DNA from: Vicugna vicugna
Lineage: Eukaryota
Direction of reading: 5' to 3'
NCBI GenBank assembly: GCA_013265495.1
Contig: MU058456.1
Coordinates: 248,001 to 312,000, forward strand
Length of the DNA stretch: 64,000 bases
In this document: positions 24,691-36,794 of the stretch, piece after piece
How the letters are laid out: every line of letters begins with the position of its first letter
Position numbering within the stretch: the stretch's first letter is position 1
Position numbers and translations under genes: made by a program
Notes under the pieces: generated by a model
Databases searched by the model: none
What the model was told of the DNA's origin: nothing
The model's input: the letters and a program-made list of their open reading frames with translations, nothing else

Positions 24691-25719
24691 TGTGCTGTCT
24701 CTAGCTTCTGTGAACCCCTCAGAATTTGCAGCTAAAACAATTCCTCTGAGCTCTGAAGGAGGCATCAGTCCTGCTTGGCCTCAAATCCATACTTGGCTGA
24801 TGGGGGAATTGGCTTCATCAAGGTGGGTTTTCGTAGGCTCTGGAAAGGAGGATGTGAGAGCTGCCAGGACTGACGCCTCCACCCTGAGCTCCCGGGGAGT
24901 GAGTGGCGTCCCAGGTTTGACGCTCGATTGTCAGCTGGAAGGACATGTTGATTCTGGAGGTTGTTTGTGTTCAGATAGAGGGATGAAAAGTTACTGTGGT
25001 TGAAACACAAAACCCCCCCTTTTCTCCTTACAAGGCAATGGATCTGAACTTTATTTCAAGCTCCAGAAGCAGCCCAGATAGATCAGGAGATTCTAGGCTG
25101 TGGAGGAGGAAAGACATGTATTTTCCTGGCAGGAGTTCCTGTTGGGATTTAGGGTGTAAGCTGCTCTGTGAACACTGGTCATGTGCTCTGATTACTGTAA
25201 TAAAATGCTGGGATCTTGCCGCCTTCTCTTCTCCCTGTTCTCATCTCTAGCTGTGTTCGAAAGGGCCAGTGTGGGGCAGGGATGTGGTGGCATCACTGGT
25301 TTGTCTCTAGGTCGAGTGGGTGCCAATTTGAAGGCCTGGTCCTATTTTCCACAATTAGACCCTCTTTGTTGGGGAAATTTTGCAACGTGCTGTTCTGTTT
25401 TGAGCCCTGTGTTTTTATTTTCTTAGAGGAAACCGAAAGGAGTCTACTGAGTCTGAAATGTAGGTGAGTTGGCGAGGAATACTGACCTCCTTGTTTCTAA
25501 AATGCAGCAGGGGAAAATAAACTGACACAGGAGTGGTCCCTACACACCAAAAATCATTCTCCCATTCAGAGTGGAATTTAGTGGAACAAGCAGTAAAACC
25601 GAAGGCTGGAGTTCAGCCACGACTCCAGCCAAGACTGGCTGTCTTGATTCCCTTGTTTGTAAAACGTGGACAATGAGAACAACCCGGATGAAATCAACGG
25701 CAGTTAACTAAGCTCCCAG

Positions 25720-25910
25720 TAGCAATAATTGACAGCATTTTTTAAGCACGATGTGCCAGGTGCTGTGGGCTTAATAATTTCCATTTTACAGGTAGAGGAA
25801 ACCAAGGCAAAGGGAAGTTCAAAAACTTGCCCGAGTTTGTGCATCCAGGAAGAGCAGGGCCAGAACTGGGTCCCCAGGCAGTCTGAGCAGGTCTGCCTGG
25901 TCCTAACCAT
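25720..25910 (-). mobile_element. MIR SINE
   Basis: atgtgccaggtgctgtg...ccattttacaggtagaggaaaccaaggc...aacttgcccgag...ccaggcagtctga. Confidence 0.75.
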
Positions 25911-26139
25911 ACTCTCACCTGGCCTCGGTCACGAAGACCTTCGCAGGCTGCTGGTGATCAGTGTGAGGTTGTCCTTTGCTGGAAGTGAAATGAAGTGATG
26001 GTAGAAAACTTCGTTTTTGATAAGGGAAGTTTACTCTGTAAGGGTCTAAATGCAATGTTAGCTGATTGATGAAGTCTGTCCACAAACATCTCTCTTTTCC
26101 TCTAGTCTTAAACAGAGTGTAAAAAAGTGGTGTAACTGT

Positions 26140-26370
26140 TTATACCCTAACATATTGAGCCCAAACCACATAGAGACAAGCTGTTCCAAGTGTTTTGCCC
26201 GCGATATTGCATAACAGTCCTCTACCAACCAGAGAGGCAGGCGCTGCGAATGACCCTTTTACTGGTAACACAACTGAGGCACAGAGAGGTTGAGTGACTG
26301 GCCCTGGGTCACGGAGTGACCTGAGGCTGGGTGTGTACTCAGGCTCTGGCTCCAGGGCCTGTGTTCTTAC
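26140..26370 (-). mobile_element. MIR SINE
   Basis: caactgaggcacagagaggttgagtgactggccctgggtcac...ctggctccagggcctgtgttctta. Confidence 0.7.
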
Positions 26371-27945
26371 TCACCAAGAGTTCTGGGTTACGACCAGTGG
26401 ATCATGCAGGATGACGAGACAGGGACAGGCGTCTGTGCAGTTACCAGTCCCTGACTCTGTGCTGAGCTGGGAGCTTCACGAATCCTTGATCACTCAGTGC
26501 TCTCCACGAGCCAGGACCCCATTTGTAGCTCAGGGAACAGAGACGTAGAGAATTTAAGTAACTGGCCCAGCATCACTTAGCGAACAAGCGGCAGATTTGA
26601 GGTTCAGATTCATGCTTGGTTGAGAGAGGCCTGAAGTCCTCCAGCTGCTCAGTGTGGCCAAGGGGACAAGTCAGGCTGTTGGTGGGTGTGTGTATGGGGG
26701 TGTGTGGTATCCTGGGAACTCGTCTGGCTGCAGGCCCAGTGTTTTCTCCCACCAGCCTCATCTATGTAAGGAAGCTAACATCATGAGCCCCATCTCTTCA
26801 ACTCATGCGTATCTTTCTCAGTTGATTCCAAATCAGAGGGCAGGGTGTAATTTATTTCCCTTAAGTCCTAACCGGGGTTAAGTATTGAAACAGAAACATG
26901 AACAGGGGTCTGTGGGGCCAGAGAGGGAGGTCTGATTCAGGAAGGCCTTCACAGAGGAGGTGACCTTGGTGCTGGGACTTGAAGGGAAGGGCACTTGCCA
27001 GGTGGAGACCCAGGGGCTCGACCGCCTACGTCTGCTTAGTCTTGGCCCCCATCTCAGCCTTCGCACAAGGCAGGGCTCCCAGGAGGGGCTCCATACCTGT
27101 CTGGGGGGCAGAGAGATATGAGCACTGGAGGATGTTCTCTGGGAGAGATGGAGGGGTCCTCTGAAACCTGGCAGGGTGCTATCCTGCCACACTCACTTCC
27201 CACCTCTGACCGTGCAAGGCAGGACGCGCAGGGCCTGGCCCATCATGACTGATCTGCAGGTGAGGAAGGGCCTGAGAATGGCTGGGCAACTGGGAAGGCA
27301 GAGATAAGGTAGGAGGGCAGGGTGTGAGGAAAATCCAGGGGGAGTTTAGAAATCAAGAAAATTCAGAAACTTAAAGCAAATGACATTTGTACTTCCTGAG
27401 AAGAGAAACCAAGGTGAGTGATTCAATTAGGGGACGTGCAGTTCAGACTTTTCTAATCCAGAGCGCCAACTCTGCTAGAGGGCTTTTACTGTGAATTGAC
27501 AGTGGGTAAAAGCATTAAGGGACTCCAGGAAAACCCTCTGCACAGGCAGAAAACCAACTCTAGCTGAAAATAAAGGACTGGAAATTTATTATTGAAGAAT
27601 TGTTTTCCTCTGGTTAATCATTCCACATCTGAGAGCTGGATTTTTTCATTGATGTAATTAGTGATTACATTTTCTACAGGACATTTTTCATGTCAAGCAG
27701 ACAATGGCTCTAAAGAAGAAGGAGGGTGGGGCTTCATGGAAAGAGAAGTGTCTTGCTGATGTAGTGAGGGGGTGAAATTGAATTTGGCAGAGGCACCCTG
27801 CTTGCACCGTAAGTTACCCCCAAAGCATCAGCAAGCATGAGCTAACTTTGGAAATGCAGTTGAAACCTTGTGATAACACACCCCTTGGGATCTCCAGGTG
27901 ATTTGGCTGTGGTGGAGCTTTGCCAGCTCAGTTCAAGTTCACTTA

Positions 27946-28080
27946 ATCTCTCTCTCTTTCTCTCTTTCCTTCTCCCTCTCTCAACCCCCTTCTTCCTCCT
28001 TCCCTACGTCTCCTTCCCTCCCTGTTCTCTCCCTCTCTCTCTCTTTCTCTCTCCCCCTCTCTCCACCTCTTCCCTCCACT
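27946..28080. repeat. CT-rich polypyrimidine low-complexity tract
   Basis: ~135 bp of near-pure (CT)n / C-T runs. Confidence 0.9.
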
Positions 28081-28958
28081 GGGTATTAGAAATACTCAGA
28101 TGGTAAGACATAGCCTCTATCCTTATAAGAGAGAGGGGAGCAAATCGACAAAGACACTGCAGTCTGGTAGGTGTTGTGAGAGGATTAAGAATAGGATGCC
28201 AGAGGATCACCCAGGAGGGTCACCTAACCAAGCCAGGAGAAAGTTCACCCAAGGCTTTCAAAGAGCTCATCAGATATGAGCTTTCTGAGAGGGGTTATCA
28301 CGTTGTGTAACTACTTGGTTGTGGCTGTTGAAGTCTTCCTTGGGGCTAATGCTTCAAATCTCTTCTTTGTATTTCACTCTAGACTCAGGAACCTCCCTCC
28401 TGCATCTTCACTTTTGACCCCTGCCTCCCTCATTCATTGGAACCATCATCAGTATCCACAGCCTCCTTGGCTCCTACTTCCTCCCGGCTGTGGCAGTTGA
28501 CTAGAGTGATCTGGTTTGCTTCACAGCCTTGCTCTTCTGGGCCCCTGCGTATTAACTGGGCTTCCCCAGGTTTGAGGGTCAAAGCCATGCTCCAGAGTGG
28601 GGATGAACAGTGAAGGTAACTGGAAGTAGGGGATGGCAAATATCTCAGCAGGTGTGCAGTCAGAATTCCTGGAGATCTGGACCATGGTTCTGGAGTGGGC
28701 AGCTTGGTCGTCGTCTGTCATGGGTGTCTGGCCCCAGCTCAAGTGACTCTCTGGTGCTGGACGTTCACCCCCTCTCATCTCCGAGTTGTCCACCGCCTCT
28801 CCCGCTGCTGCTCTCCCCTGTCCCTTCTTCCCCCCACCTCCTGCATTTAAGCATCTTCAAGTAATGTCTTTCCCAATTCTGAGTCTAGTTGGCATTTCTT
28901 ATGTAGCATCTCTTCTTGACACAGATATGACAGTATACATGGCAGGAGCTACCCAGCG

Positions 28959-29332
28959 ACTGCTAACTCTCACATACATCAGTGATCCTTGTCTGCATCC
29001 ACATAATGAGGTATCATACAGCAGTTTAAGATACATCACCTGCATGCAATAATATGAATGAATCATTGCAATATGAGGAATTAGTGAGAATGTGTCATGA
29101 ACCAAGTATAGTGATGACTGAATTCTATCCATTTGCGGTCCTACAGGAAAACAAACAAACCCAAGGCTAAAAGACGTTAAATGACTTGCCCAAGCTCACT
29201 TGGCTGGAAAAGTGGTAGAATTGGAACTCAAAACCCACCATTCATCCAACTCCAAATCCCAAGCTTTTCCATTAGTGTGGTACAGCCAAGACATAATCTT
29301 TCTAGGAACATGTCATTTCTCATTAAGATATT
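28959..29332 (+). repeat. Local dispersed duplication, copy B (paralog at 14984-15357); contains antisense MIR at ~29145-29275
   Basis: Colinear with copy A; MIR part aaggctaaaagacgttaaatgacttgcccaag...aagtggtagaattggaactcaaaaccc. Confidence 0.9.
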
Positions 29333-30860
29333 ATTATTATGGTAAGGATCCTTGGAGAAACACCCTAAGGACTGGGTCCTTCTAAGAAAATGCCACTGTA
29401 TAATGAAACTTTCTTTGGTCACCAGTCTGTCCTGCAGAATAGGAAAAACTGATAGCCTTAAACATGAGCCTGGTTGATGCACATTCATTGGAATACTGCA
29501 GTTTGAATTGAAGTGTTAATGCCACGATGGACACACTGCTGTCTGAATGTCTGTTAGTTGTATGTATGTTTTGTAAGCACTCAGTAAGAGTCAGGACCAA
29601 ACTCAGTTGGTCTCATTTGAGAAGAAGCCCAACGTGCATCCCATAGGGTCAGCCTAAGGAAGAGGAACTTCTCTGGGTCCCTGCCACTGCTCTCCTACCT
29701 GCTGGGATGTTATAAAATGTTGAGATGGCACCATCAGTATGAGCATTATTCTGCTTAGAATTGTGAGAAACTGTAACCCTGAACTCCTCACTTCATCACT
29801 CCCCTTCCCTTTGTTCCCCACTGGGTCTGGGGCGAATGGGAGGCAGAAGGAAAGCTGTCTTGGGATTTATCCATGCTGTGAGTCTGGCTCTCTGTGCAAA
29901 CTCCCATTAGTGTAGAAGAAAAAGAACCTGCTTTATTTCTATCACAGGAATGAGTAAATTAGTTTTTAAACAGCTGAATGCAACATCGATTCAGTCACTA
30001 GCTCACCAGGAGTCTAAAGAGAATGGATGAGTCTTTAGATATCAGTAACAACAAATGGCTCTTCATGCACTTGTAAGAGACGCCACTAGAAGGTGTCTGC
30101 AACCTAGCAATTGCTAAAGTCCACTTGAGACATCTGTCACTTGAAAGAGCCAGTCTAAGGGATGTGCTCCATGTCAGTTTCACTACATCCTCTAAGCACC
30201 ATCTGTATATTAATTCAGGCTTCCAGGAAGCAGCACACTAATGTTTTTGAGCTCCCTAAAGAAAGCTCTAGCAGGAGAGAAGACTGAATGTAATGCCTTT
30301 GAAAGTCTTGAGAGTTGATACAGCAAAGGGTGATTTTGCAAGTGTTTTTTGTATCTTTTGTATGTCTGTTTCTGGAAGTGTCACTCATTATACAATTCAT
30401 ATAACATTTCCTGACATTCTTTACTAGGAAAAAGCTTCTTTGATGGGATTAATTTATTAATTCTCATGACAAATCTTTATCAAATGTCTGTTGTGTGCCA
30501 GGCGCTGGGCTAGATATTGGAGCACAGGTAAACTAGTATGCTTTCTTTTATTTGATGTAAGCGCTATGTAACCCAAGGTGTATTCAGTTTTGCTCTATCT
30601 GGCAGGAGCACCAAACTCCATTGTGTGTTCAAGTATATTGACTGCTTCTTTCCAAGTAGAGCTCTTTTATACTCTTCTCATTTTTATTATTGATGAAAAG
30701 TATATTATAAAGAGATATATTCTCATAAAAATTTTCATATAGTACTGAAAAAGGTAAGTGGTCTGTACTTCACATATCCTCCAATTCCACACCTAGGTGT
30801 GGACGCTATTACCTGTGTGTTGTATATTATCCAGCTGCTAAACACGCACACACACACACA

Positions 30861-31089
30861 CACAGGCATACCAAGAGCAAGGAGAGTGGAACGGTCCACC
30901 CTGGGTGCAGACAATCAGGAGGTGCACTGTTAGAAGAGAATTGTAAAAAATAATGAAGCCTCCTTAAAGTCAGTCTGCTTTTTATTAGCACCATACACCA
31001 GCAATTTTAAACAATGTCAGGGGTAAAATACTCCTCCTTATGGGGCGGAGTGCTCTTACCAGCTCACCTTCCCCATTGATATAACACTG
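30861..31089 (+). mobile_element. hAT-Tip100 non-autonomous element (MER97-like), flanked by (CA)n
   Basis: ggcataccaag...cggtccaccctgggtgcagacaat...aaagtcagtctgctttttattagcacc...aaacaatgtcag...taaaatactcctcc...cactg resembles recalled MER97 termini. Confidence 0.6.
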
Positions 31090-31198
31090 AACACACGCAC
31101 ACACATAGCAAATGCATATGTATACACATATCTATGCAGGCAAATGTATATGTATTTGAACAACATATGCTTTGTAAAATATAAATGGAATAACATGC

Positions 31199-31276
31199 AT
31201 TACTCTTGCAGTACTTTTATGTTAATTTATATTGGATTACTTTCCACAACATTTCTTACATATCTAGTTCTTTCTT
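31199..31276. repeat. Left copy of 78-bp target-site duplication of the L1 at 31277-33866
   Basis: Identical to 33867-33944 except one T/C mismatch (31265 vs 33933). Confidence 0.95.
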
Positions 31277-32115
31277 TCTTTGTTTTAATTGATTTATAAT
31301 CATTTTACAATGTTGTGTCAAATTCTGATGTAGAGCACAATTTTTCAGTTATATATGAACATATATATATTCATTGTCACATTTTTTTCTCTTGGGAGCT
31401 ACCATAAGATCTTGTGTATATTTCCCTGTGCTTTACAGTATAATCTTGTTTATCTATTCTACAATTTTAAAATCCCGTCTATCTCTTCCCATCCTCCACC
31501 CCCTTGGCAACCACAAGTTTGTGTTCTATGTCTATGAGTCTATTTCTGTTTTGTATTTATGCTTTGTTTTTTTGTTTTTGTTTTTGTTTTTTAGATTCCA
31601 CATATGAGCGATCTCATATGGTATTTTTCTTTCTCTTTCTGGCTTACTTCACTTACTTCATTCTCCAGGAGCATCCATGTTTCTGCAAATGGCATTATGT
31701 TGTCGGTTTTTATGGCTGAATAGTATTCCATTGTATAAATATACCACATCTTCTTTATTCAGTCATCTGTTGATGGACATTTAGGCTGTTTCCATGTCTT
31801 GGCTATTGTAAATAGTGCTGCTATGAACATTGGGGTGCAGGTGTCATCCTGAAGTAGGGTTCCTTCTGGATATATGCCCAGGAGTGGGATTCCTGGGTCA
31901 TACGGTAAGTCTATTCCTAGTCTTTTGAGGAATCTTCATACTGTTTTCCATAGTGGCTGCACCAAACTGCATTCCCACCAGCAGTGAAGGAGGGTTCCCT
32001 TTTCTCCACAGCCTCTCCAGCATTTGTCATTTGTGGATTTTTGAATGATGGCCATTCTGACTGGTGTGAGGTGATACCTCATTGTAGTTTTCATTTGCAT
32101 TTCTCTGATAATTAG

Positions 32116-32140
32116 NNNNNNNNNNNNNNNNNNNNNNNNN
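32116..32140. other. Assembly gap (25 N)
   Basis: Run of N within the L1. Confidence 1.
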
Positions 32141-32323
32141 TGCAAAGATTTTCTCCCATTCCGTAGGTTGTCTTTTTGTTTTACTTATGGTTTCCTTTGC
32201 TGTGCAGAAGCTTGTAAGTTTCATTAGGTCCCATTTGTTTATTCTTGCTTTTACGTCTTCTAGGAGAAGATTTTTGAGATGTATGTCTCAAAAAAACCTC
32301 TAGGAGGTTTATTGTATCTTGTC

Positions 32324-33225
32324 TTATTTGTTTAAGTCTTTGATCCATTTTGAGTTTATTTTTGTGTATGGTGTAAGGGAGTGTTCTAGCTTCATTGTTT
32401 TACATGCTGCTGTCCAGTTTTCCCAACACCATTTGATGAAGAGACTGTCTTTATTCCATTGTATATTCTTGCCTCCTTTGTCGAAGATGAGTTGACCAAA
32501 AGTTTGTGGGTTCATTTCTGGGCTCTCTATTCTGTTCCATTGGTCTATATGTCTGTTTTGGTACCAATACCATGCTGTCTTGATGACTGTAGCTCTATAG
32601 TATTGTCTGAAGTCTGGGAGAGTTATTCCTCCAGCCTCTTTCTTTCTCTTCAGTAATGCTTTAGCAATTCTAGGTCTTTGATGGTTCCATATAAATTTTA
32701 TTATGATTTGTTCTAGTTCTGTGAAATATGTCCTGGGTAATTGGATAGGGATTGCATTAAATCTGTAGATTGCCTTGGGCAGTGTGACCATTTTAACAAT
32801 ATTGATTCTTCCAATCCAAGAGCATGGAATATCTTTCCATTTTTTAAAGTCTTCTTTAATTTCCTTCATCAATGGTTTATAGTTTTCTGTGTATAATTCT
32901 TTCACCTCCTTGGTTAGATTTATTCCCAGATATTTTATTACTTTGGGTGCTATTTTAAAGGGGATTGTTTCTTTACTTTCTTTTTCTGTTGATTTATCGT
33001 TAGTGTAAAGAAATGCAACTGATTTTTGAACATTAATTTTGTAACCTGCTACCTTGCTGAATTCTTCAATCAGCTCTAGTAGCTTTTGTGTGGACCTTTT
33101 AGGGTTTTCTATATATAGTAACATGTCATCAGCATATAGTGACACTTTTACCTCTTCTTTTCCAATTTGGATCCCTTTTATTTCTCTCTCTTGCCTGATT
33201 GCTGTGGCTAGGACTTCCAGGAGTG
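32324..33225 (-). pseudogene. L1 ORF2 fragment, RT catalytic part and downstream region (disrupted)
   Basis: [10 protein letters not shown]...[11 protein letters not shown]...GYKINVQKS...KYLGINLT...[10 protein letters not shown]; frameshift upstream and premature stop downstream. Confidence 0.95.
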
Positions 33226-33866
33226 GTTGAATAGGAGTGGTGATAGTGGGCATCCTTGTCTTGTCCCAGATTTTAGTGGGAAACTTTTGAGTTTTTCACT
33301 GTTGAGAACTATGCTGGCTATAGGTTTGTCATATATAGCTTTTATTATGTTGAGATATGTTCCCTCTATACCCAATTTGGTGAGAGTTTTTGTCATAAAT
33401 GGACGTTGAATTTTATCAAATGCTTTTTCTGCATCTATTGAGATGCTCATGTGGTTTTTGTCCTTTCTCTTATTGATGTGATGTATTACATTGATTGATT
33501 TGTGTATGTTGAACCAGCCTTGTGTCCCTGGGATGAACCCCACTTGGTCATGATGTATAATCTTTTTTATGTGTTGTTGGATTCTATTTGCTAATATTTT
33601 GGTGAGGATTTTGGCGTCTATGTTCATCAGTGATATTGGCCTATAATTCTCTTTTTTTGTAGTGTCTTTGCCTGGTTTTGGTATCAGGGTGATGGTGGCT
33701 TCATAGAATGAGTTTGGGAGTATTCCCTCCTTTTCAATCATCTGGAAGAGTTTGAGAAGGACTGGTATGAGTTCTTCTTTGTATGTTTGGTAGAATTCCC
33801 CGGTGAAACTGTCTGGTCCTGGACTTTAATTTGTAGGGAGGTTTTTAATTGCCATTTCTATTTCAA
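33226..33866 (-). pseudogene. L1 ORF2 fragment, N-terminal part of RT domain (5'-truncated, frameshifted)
   Basis: [19 protein letters not shown]...[16 protein letters not shown]...[11 protein letters not shown]...[14 protein letters not shown], then a frameshift near 33225. Confidence 0.95.
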
Positions 33867-33944
33867 ATTACTCTTGCAGTACTTTTATGTTAATTTATAT
33901 TGGATTACTTTCCACAACATTTCTTACATATCCAGTTCTTTCTT
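33867..33944. repeat. Right copy of 78-bp target-site duplication; ends at L1 endonuclease site TTCTT/AA
   Basis: attactcttgcagt...tccagttctttctt|aatgac. Confidence 0.95.
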
Positions 33945-34039
33945 AATGACTGTCAGGTATTCTGTGATATGAATGTGTCATTAATTTTTATGCAAGCCTC
34001 CTGTGTTTTCACTATTAGCGTGATAAATAGATGAGTTTT

Positions 34040-35400
34040 GCTAATCCAGACTGACCGTCTTTTTCTTTTATTATATGTATCTATTTCATTTACATTTATT
34101 TTTTATAATATATATTTGTTGCACTTAATTTTATCACAACATGTATTTGGTTATAGTAGATCTATGTTTTCCATTTATATTGTTGCCTTAAACTTTTTTG
34201 GCTCTTTGTTCTGTGCATTCTTTGTTTTGCTTTGTCTTCCCACTTATGATAATATTTGAAACTTTGATAGTTAAACCTCTTTCTTGTTTTATCAATGTTG
34301 GACAGTTTTACACCTCATCATGAAAAAAGAGGAAAATTTATATTTCATACTTCCTTCCAGTTTCTTCCCCTCATCTCACTTTTTTTTTCTTTTCTTTTTT
34401 TTTTCTTTTTTTGTATTACCAAGATTTATAACTTATACATAACTAAGCTCTGGAAACGTAATTACACACTCAGTGGTCACCAACAGTCCTTTCATCTGTG
34501 GCTTTCCTCATCATGATATGACTTCAGATATTTTTTAGGAAGGGCTCATAAGTGATATGTTATCAGATTCTTTGCATTATTAAAACTATCTTTACATAAA
34601 GCATATATTTTTTGGGCCACACATTTTCCCCATCAAAATTCTGTAGATATTGTTTCACCCACTACTTGTATTGAATGTTGGTATGGAGAAGGCTCAGGTA
34701 AGCCATCTTCTTCTTTGGGAAACATACTTTTAGGGTTTTTTTTTTTTTAATTCTTGGAATTCATAGTCTCCACTAAGATATGGCCCAAATTTGAGACTGT
34801 ATTTTTTCTTGAACAAAAATTCTATTTTCTGCAGATTTTAATCAGTGGATTAATATTTTCCATTATTTCAGAAAAAATTTCTTTTTTTGTTATCTATGAA
34901 TATTTGTTCTGTTCTCCACTTTAGGAATCTCAGCTGTACACATGATGAACCTCTCACCTATTTGTCATCTTCTCTATACTCCGTCTCATTTTTTAAAAAT
35001 TCTTTTTCATTTCTTTTTATGTAAGTTCCTCCAGCTACACCTCTACTTCTGTACCCCTAGCTGTGTTTTCAGTATTGTCTGTTCTTCTTGCTGCCCCTAA
35101 TGTGACTTTCATTCCTATGCTTTTATTGTTACCTTAAATTTTTTTCCAATGCTACTTCAGCTTATATTTTATTTCTAGTTGTTGTTCCATACTCTAATCT
35201 TTGATTGTCTGATTTCCTTTCTTTTCTCTCTCTGTCTCTTCCCAAACAACCTAAGTTCTCCTTCCTTAAAAAAGGGTTAAGTATATGACATTTTCTTCTC
35301 TTTTCTGAAGTGATTCTTTTTCTGAATAGTTTTTTTTTTAATCTGCTCTCATTTGGTAGATTTGTTTCTTACTTGTTAGGTGCTATCTTTACATGGGTCC
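34040..35400 (-). mobile_element. Ancient degraded L1ME/HAL1-like sequence
   Basis: T-rich degenerate stretch with motifs such as ctgtagatattgtttcacc...gaatgttggtatggagaag typical of antisense old L1/HAL1. Confidence 0.5.
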
Positions 35401-35649
35401 CATTTTGCATTCTTTATCCTAACAGGAGGAGGAGACAGGTCTACACAGGAGGATAGTAATAGGGGAAGCCATGAATGTCAATCTGGGAAATGTCTTCTCA
35501 GAACTCTTTTCAGATTTTCCTTCTGGCCTGAAGGCACATCTCTCTTCAGTTTTCTGCTCTTCCTCATTTGGGGAGAGTAGATCACCCAAATGGGAGGTCA
35601 CTGTGTCTCCAAGTAGAGTCTCCAGCTCACTATTAATTGTTTAAACATT

Positions 35650-35920
35650 TTTCTTTATTATTGAGCAATTGTTGTTATTCTTTACAAGAAATTCAAACAG
35701 TACTAAATGATGTATGTTGAGAAACAAGTCTACCTCCACACTTAACCCTTTCCCCTGAGGTAACCACTCTTACCAGTTTTGTGTGTATCATTCTGGATCA
35801 AGAGTCTTACACATATACACCTGTAAAAAAGTATACACATGCTTGAATTTTCTTACTTAGCAATATAGACTGGCAGTTTTCCATATTGGCATCCATCACT
35901 CTATGTCAGTCTTGCTAATT
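35650..35920 (-). mobile_element. Old L1ME 3' fragment
   Basis: tcccctgaggtaaccactcttaccagttttgtgtgtatcattc...ttttcttacttagcaatata. Confidence 0.55.
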
Positions 35921-36794
35921 TAAGACTCACACTCAGGGCATACTGAATAATTCAGGCTGTCCCGGCCAGCCCATGATTTCTGACAAGATGAAGGAATAGT
36001 TTCTTTCCTTTTTGTTTCTTCCATGTGTTCTGCCACTTTAAGGGTTGCTTGAGTTGTCAGGATCCCCTGAAGGCTTAGTTAGGATGGAGGGCAGAGCCAG
36101 GAGGGGTCTTGTTTGCTGAAGGTGAAAGAACAATCAGTAGTTCCTGTTCATGCCTATGTCTGCCTGACCTTAAAGTACAGGACTAGGAGAAACATGGCTG
36201 GGGCAACTTGATTAAACAGGTATTAAAATGGGAGAGAAAGTTCTGTAAGTGTAAATGATATTCCAGGTATCTTCGTTTTCTCCCTCGTTCCCCTTGCTAC
36301 GACAAGGATGAAAACTCCGGAGATACCAAAGTGTGTTCTGTTTTGGCCTGTCGGAAGGTTGGCTTATACAGCTGGCTTCACTCTGTACTTAAAATGTTTT
36401 CCATAAAAACAATATAGTTATATCTGAGATTGGAACAAAAAATAAGTTAACAACATTAGATGGATTAAACAAACAGATTCGAGAAGGGTTGAGATAAACC
36501 ACTGACAGTTTTAACCTCATTGAGAGAGATTGTTTAAACACAACTCTTGACTCTGACCTCCCAACTCGTTATGTATTATCCTCCGCCGTTCAGGAAGACA
36601 AACAGAAATTTCTCCAGTGGGTTGTTTGGAATGCCTTCCCTGGGGAGTTACGACTCTTCCCTGTGGTGCTTTCAACTGGAGTAGAATCCAGCATCCGCAG
36701 GGTCTCCCTGCAACTCCTCTACACAGCCACTGTGTACTGCAGATCTGCTGGTTACAGTGGGAGTGGGGGAAGGGCCTTTTTAAAAAGTCTTTCT

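Larger units (their letters stand above)
31277..33866 (-). mobile_element. Young 5'-truncated LINE-1 (RT domain to 3'UTR)
   Basis: Continuous L1 homology: 3'UTR, CCHC C-terminus and RT domain. Nearly identical to 19414-20240 over the shared 3' part. Confidence 0.97.

Noticed and set aside
25604..25630. 9-bp stem hairpin ggctggagt...actccagcc
   Set aside because: Too short for a structured RNA; expected by chance, and adjacent to MIR-like sequence.
32324..33741. Active reverse transcriptase gene
   Set aside because: 5'-truncated (no promoter, ORF1 or endonuclease domain), frameshifted near 33225, with a premature stop at 32324.
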